A stretch of 15,946 nt of DNA from Planctomycetaceae bacterium UBA4655. GTDB lineage: Bacteria > Planctomycetota > Planctomycetia > Pirellulales > UBA1268. The notes beneath the pieces are model-generated. The model searched no databases. It worked only from the letters and a program-made list of their open reading frames with translations, and was not told the DNA's origin. The DNA is taken from contig DHLZ01000204.1 in NCBI GenBank assembly GCA_002405515.1, positions 1 through 15,946 of the forward strand. The letters are read 5' to 3'. The position numbers and the translations under genes were made by a program. Positions 11,981 to 15,946 of the stretch are shown one piece after another. Position 1 is the stretch's first letter; the number at the start of each line of letters is the position of its first letter.

Positions 11981-13879
11981 TCAGCCGAGGAGCCCGGCGA
12001 GCGGGCCCCCGCGGACGCAGAGGGCATCGACCTTCGCCGTGACCGCCGGGTCTTCCTCGACCGGCGGAGCGTGGTGGGGCTTGAGCCGGGCGTCGATGAC
12101 GAGCGGGCCCTCGCAGCCCCAGTGCTTCTGACGGACCCTCGCCGCGACACCGTGGACGTCGGCCGCGGGGTTCGACCGCGTGAACGTCACCCAGAGAAAG
12201 TTCTCGAGGCTCGCGGCCGAAAAGCCGGAGTCGTCCACGACCACGATGAGCGGCCATGGACGCAGCGGGTTGTCCGCGTGGATCGCATCGCAGAGCCGTT
12301 GGATCCCGGCCGACCAGGGGGAGGCGGCCGCGAGGCCGGCGAGCGACGTGGCGGCAGGGGCCGCGTCGTCCGAGGCGAGCGTCGGCGCGGGATCGATCCT
12401 CGGGCCCTCGATCGCGACGACGCCCGGCAGGCAGACCCTCGGGTTGCGGAAGCCGTCGGGGAGGGCGATGCCGGCGGGCAGTTCCCGCGAGAGGCTGCGG
12501 ATCGCCGGCCCACGGGCGGCCACCACGAGCTTCGAGCCGGCGTTGAGCCCGCTGCCGGAGTAGTCGAGCGTGTCGATCGTGGTCTCGGTGTGGAAGTGGC
12601 AGTCGCGCCGCCAGTCGGCCCGCGACAGCACGTGCGCGAGGAAGGGCCGGATGTCGTGGGCATCGAGGCCCGGCGCATCCCCCCCCGACACGATGAAGAG
12701 ATACTTCGCGAGCGACAGCTGCCCTTGGCCGAGGATCGCGGAGGCCTGCGTGAGCAGCTCGGCCGGGCGGTTCGACCGCTGCCAGGGCAGGTAGCGCTCG
12801 CTCCCGACGGCAAGCAGAAGCGGATGCACTCCCGACGCATCGACGGCATGAACGCTCCGCACGCCAGGCAGCACCGTCGGGATCACCGGTCCGGTCAGCT
12901 CGTGCACGAGCCAGCCGAAGAGCGTGTCTTCCTGCGGCGGGCGGCCGACCACCGTCACCGGCCAGATCGCCCCCTCGCGGTGCCAGACCCGCTCGACCTG
13001 CATCACCGGAAAATCGTGCCGTTTGGCATAGTAGCCGAGGTGGTCGCCGAACGGCCCCTCCGGCTTCGTCGTTCCCGGCTGCACCGTCCCCTCGATCACG
13101 AAATCGGCGTCGGCATAGATCGCGGGTCGTCCTCGCCTCGCGATCATCGGGATGCGGTGGCCCGCAAGCGCCCCGGCGAAGAGCAGCTCGGAGAGCCCCT
13201 CGGGCAGCGGCATGACGGCGGCGACGGCCATCGCCGGCGAGCCGCCGACGAACACGTTCACCTTCAGTGGCTCGCCGCGGGCGAGCGCCGCGGCATGATG
13301 GACGCCGATGCCGCGGTGGAGCTGGTAGTGGAGGCCGATCTCGCGGTCGGGCAGGTAGTCGTTGCCCGCCAGCTGCACCCGGTACATCCCGAGGTTCGAG
13401 TGTTTCGTGCCCGGCCGGTCGGGGTCTTCGGTGTAGACCGCCGGGAGCGTGACGAACGGACCGCCGTCGCCGGGCCAGCCCGTCACCTTGGGCAGCTGAG
13501 AAAGGGGGATCGAGTGGGCGACCGCCGGGCCCGATTTCACGCGACGCGGCAGCATCGAGATCGCGTCGATCGGGCTTCGCCAGTACCGCCACGGCTTCTT
13601 CAATGCTTCAGCCGGGTCGATCTTGAGCTCCACGAGCCGCTTCACCCGATCGAGCGTGCGGTGGAAGATCCGCTCGATCCGCTTTTGCGTGCCGTAGAGG
13701 TTCACGAGCACGGGGAAGGCCGTGCCAGCCGGTCGCGAGAAGAGCACCGCCGGCCCGCCGACCCGGAACAGCCGCCGCTGGATCTCCGCGATTTCGAGGT
13801 GCGGATCGACCGGATGGTCGACGACCACGAGTTCCCCCTCGCGGGCGAGCCGATCGACGCAGGATCGAAGCGATCGCAT
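11981..13879 (-). CDS. ubiD: UbiD-family (de)carboxylase; 3-octaprenyl-4-hydroxybenzoate carboxy-lyase / menaquinone MqnL-like
   Basis: [44 protein letters not shown] is collinear with the E. coli UbiD N-terminus, [49 protein letters not shown]. Full length is about 632 aa. The ATG at 13879 is the first Met compatible with the family N-terminus. The 13880-13984 extension in the ORF track lies inside the palindrome. Confidence 0.9.
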   Translation of the reverse strand: [632 protein letters not shown]

Positions 13880-13965
13880 AAAAAGGTGCCAGCCACCAAA
13901 TCTGGGTAAAATACCTTCGGCTTTATAGACATCTTGCCCAGATTTGGTGGCTGGCACCTTTTTTT
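13880..13965. repeat. Perfect 27-bp inverted repeat (13880-13906 / 13937-13963; AAAAAGGTGCCAGCCACCAAATCTGGG) around a 30-nt AT-rich spacer, with A5/T7 tails
   Basis: Read directly. Right arm CCCAGATTTGGTGGCTGGCACCTTTTT is the exact reverse complement of the left arm. The spacer taaaataccttcggctttatagacatcttg contains TATAGA/TATAAA-like hexamers in both orientations. The element fills the whole divergent intergenic space, 0 nt from the ubiD start codon and 13 nt from the osmC GTG. Confidence 0.9.
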
Positions 13966-13977
13966 GAAAGGACGCAG

Positions 13978-14388
13978 GTGGCACGAATCACGACGACGTA
14001 CGAGGGGAAGCTCCGCTGTCGGGCCCAGCACGGGCCTGCGGGCGAGACGGTGCTCACTGACACCCCGGCCGACGGCCAGGGCCGCAGCGAGGCGTTTTCG
14101 CCGACCGACCTCGTGGGAGTGGCCCTCGGGGCGTGCATGATGACGATCATCGGCATCGTCGCCGAGCGGCACGGGCTCGCGCTGGCCGGCATGAAGGCCG
14201 ACACCGTCAAGGAGATGAGCAAGGAGCCGCCGCGGCGGATCACTGTGCTCCGCACGACGCTCACGATCCCGCTCCCGCCGGATCATCCGAAGCGACACCT
14301 CATCGAGCAGGCGGCGCTCACCTGCCCCGTCCACAAGAGCCTCGCCGCCGGCATCGACGCCGCCGTCGACTTCGTCTGGACGGGCTGA
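13978..14388 (+). CDS. OsmC/Ohr-family protein (organic hydroperoxide resistance / OsmC-like)
   Basis: 136 aa. ...EAFSPTDLVGVALGACMMTIIGIVAERHG... and the ...LTCPVHKSL... Cys pair are typical of the OsmC/Ohr fold. GTG start with AAAGGA 6 nt upstream. Confidence 0.8.
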   Translation: MARITTTYEGKLRCRAQHGPAGETVLTDTPADGQGRSEAFSPTDLVGVALGACMMTIIGIVAERHGLALAGMKADTVKEMSKEPPRRITVLRTTLTIPLPPDHPKRHLIEQAALTCPVHKSLAAGIDAAVDFVWTG

Positions 14389-14408
14389 AGATCCACGGGA
14401 CCGATTCC

Positions 14409-15728
14409 ATGGCCGACCTCTTCGCCGCGTCGCGTGCCGCCAACCTCGCGCGGGCCGCGCCGCTCGCCGCGAGAATGAGGCCGCGGCGGCTCGCCGACTA
14501 CGTCGGCCAGGGGAAGGTCGTGGGGGAGGGGATGCTGCTGCGGCGGCTCATCGAGGCCGACCGGCTCGGGTCGGTGATCCTCTACGGTCCGCCGGGCGTC
14601 GGCAAGACGACGCTTGCGGAGATCGTCGCCACGGAAACGCGTCGCCGGTTCGTCGAGCTGTCGGCCACGTCGTCGGGCGTGAAGGAACTCCGCGACGTGC
14701 TCGACGCGGCCCGGCGGCGGCTCGAGGACGATGGGCAGCGGACCTGCCTCTTCATCGACGAGATCCACCGCTTCAACAAGTCGCAGCAGGACGTGCTCCT
14801 GCCCGACGTCGAGAGCGGGGTGATCGCGCTGGTGGGTGCGACGACCCACAATCCCTTCTTCGCGCTCACCTCGGCGCTCGTCAGCCGCAGCCGCATCTTC
14901 GAACTCGAGCCGCTCTCGGCGGACGACGTCGCCGAGATCCTCAGGCGTGCCCTGGCCGACCGGGAGCACGGCTTCGGCGCGGAACCGATCGAGATGGCCC
15001 CCGAGGCCCTGGCATTCCTCGTGGAAACCTCCGACGGCGACGCCCGGAGGGCGCTCGGCGGGCTCGAGGTGGGCGTGCTTTCGACGGCCGAGCGGCCGCT
15101 GCGGTTCACGCTGGCGCTCGCCCGGGAGAGCGTGCAGCGGAAGGCTGTCGCCTACGACGCCGGCGACACGCACTACGACTGCGCGAGCGCCCTCATCAAG
15201 AGCATCCGTGGCAGCGACGCCGACGCCGGCCTCTACTGGCTCGCGCGGATGCTCGAGGGGGGAGAGGACGTGCGGTTCCTCGCCCGCAGGCTCGTCATCC
15301 TCGCGAGCGAGGACGTCGGCAACGCCGACCCGCGGGCGCTGCTCCTGGCGGTGGCGGCGATGCAGGCGGTCGAGTTCGTCGGGCTGCCGGAATGCCAGCT
15401 CGCGCTCTCGCAGGCGGTGACGTATCTCGCGCTTGCGGCCAAGAGCAACGCCTGCACGACGGCGATCGCCGCCGCCCGATCCGACGTCCGCGAACAGCGG
15501 GTTATCCCCGTTCCCAGGCACCTGCAAGACAAGCACTACGCAGGCGCCAAGCGGCTCGGCCACGGCCAGGGCTACGAGTACTCCCACGACGCCCCCGACG
15601 GGATCGCCGCGCAGGACTACCTCGGCGTCGAAAAGCGGTATTACGAGCCCACCGACCGCGGCCACGAGCGGGAGCTTGCCGAGCGGCTCGCCGAGATCCG
15701 CCGGCGTCTTGGATCGCGGGAGGCGTGA
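14409..15728 (+). CDS. rarA: Replication-associated recombination protein A (RarA/MgsA AAA+ ATPase)
   Basis: RPRRLADYVGQGKVVGEGMLLRRLIEADRLGSVILYGPPGVGKTTLAEIVA... carries Walker A. ...CLFIDEIHRFNKSQQDVLLP... carries Walker B and sensor. The C-terminal MgsA domain is present. The 14133-14408 part of the ORF-track entry overlaps osmC out of frame and is not called. Confidence 0.9.
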   Translation: MADLFAASRAANLARAAPLAARMRPRRLADYVGQGKVVGEGMLLRRLIEADRLGSVILYGPPGVGKTTLAEIVATETRRRFVELSATSSGVKELRDVLDAARRRLEDDGQRTCLFIDEIHRFNKSQQDVLLPDVESGVIALVGATTHNPFFALTSALVSRSRIFELEPLSADDVAEILRRALADREHGFGAEPIEMAPEALAFLVETSDGDARRALGGLEVGVLSTAERPLRFTLALARESVQRKAVAYDAGDTHYDCASALIKSIRGSDADAGLYWLARMLEGGEDVRFLARRLVILASEDVGNADPRALLLAVAAMQAVEFVGLPECQLALSQAVTYLALAAKSNACTTAIAAARSDVREQRVIPVPRHLQDKHYAGAKRLGHGQGYEYSHDAPDGIAAQDYLGVEKRYYEPTDRGHERELAERLAEIRRRLGSREA

Positions 15729-15754
15729 GCCCCGGGCTACGGCGCCCGCACGAC

Positions 15755-15826
15755 ATACGGAAGCCCGAGGCGCGAGTTTCCCTGCAGGCGTTTGCGCAGA
15801 ACGCCCGGAAGCCCGAGGCGCGAGCC
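15755..15826. repeat. Inverted (reverse-complement) copies of the window-start repeat family: 36-nt match at 15755-15790 and 19-nt match at 15806-15824, downstream of rarA
   Basis: The reverse complement of 15755-15790 is cgcctgcagggaaactcgcgcctcgggcttccgtat, identical to positions 77-112 of the start array. A second block cggaagcccgaggcgcgag recurs 15 nt later with a different spacer. The plus strand here also shares gcgcagaacg with 136-144. Confidence 0.85.
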
Positions 15827-15946
15827 GAGAGGGGCGTTGACGAGGCCCCGCGAGTGGATGCCCGGTCACGAGCCCGCCTGCACGACACCGCATTGCCGCC
15901 CGGGGGGCAGACGCATCGTCGCTACGGCGAGGATACGCCTGATGCA

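Noticed and set aside
11884-12150. 89-codon upstream extension of the flotillin ORF (MSRRGSVRSTGAARARSSS...)
   Set aside because: It is Arg/Ser-rich and overlaps the ubiD 3' end on the same strand in another frame. A strong RBS precedes an ATG that is immediately followed by the TM helix at 11883, making that the real start.
13880-13965. Simple bidirectional rho-independent terminator call for the A5-stem-T7 palindrome
   Set aside because: Both flanking genes start, not end, at the element. The 22-27-bp stem and 30-nt loop are far outside normal terminator dimensions. It is kept as a finding with alternative explanations instead.
14133-14408. Upstream extension of rarA ORF (MHDDDHRHRRRAARA...)
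   Set aside because: It overlaps osmC out of frame with His/Arg-rich junk composition. RarA homology begins at MADLF (14409).

Overview
GC-rich bacterial chromosomal segment, roughly two-thirds G+C by eye. The proline/alanine-rich proteins and the extended L21 are consistent with a Planctomycetota-like genome, but that is inference. Gene content is mostly housekeeping. Strong GC3 codon bias and homology patterns support 13 CDSs. On the minus strand: a TPR protein followed by an AroE-like shikimate dehydrogenase. On the plus strand: a 754-aa single-pass membrane protein (anti-sigma/FecR-like with a HEAT tail), then hpf, ptsN, an HPr/NPr gene, ptsI, rng and rplU. On the minus strand: a UbiD-family decarboxylase followed by an unusual flotillin/SPFH protein. 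On the plus strand: osmC-like and rarA. The many long antisense ORFs in the six-frame track are high-GC artefacts. The non-coding features are more unusual than the genes. (1) A dispersed intergenic repeat family with a CCTGCAGG core is tandem at the window start, single after rng, and inverted at the window end. (2) A 50-bp tandem repeat of about 3.6 copies starts inside the rplU stop codon. (3) A perfect 27-bp inverted repeat fills the ubiD/osmC divergent intergenic region. (4) The flotillin carries four tandem ~70-aa repeats ahead of a canonical SPFH-flotillin core. (5) An hpf-ptsN-HPr-ptsI cluster lacks rpoN and rapZ and is preceded by the anti-sigma-like membrane protein. No rRNA, tRNA, CRISPR-cas, transposase or phage genes were seen.
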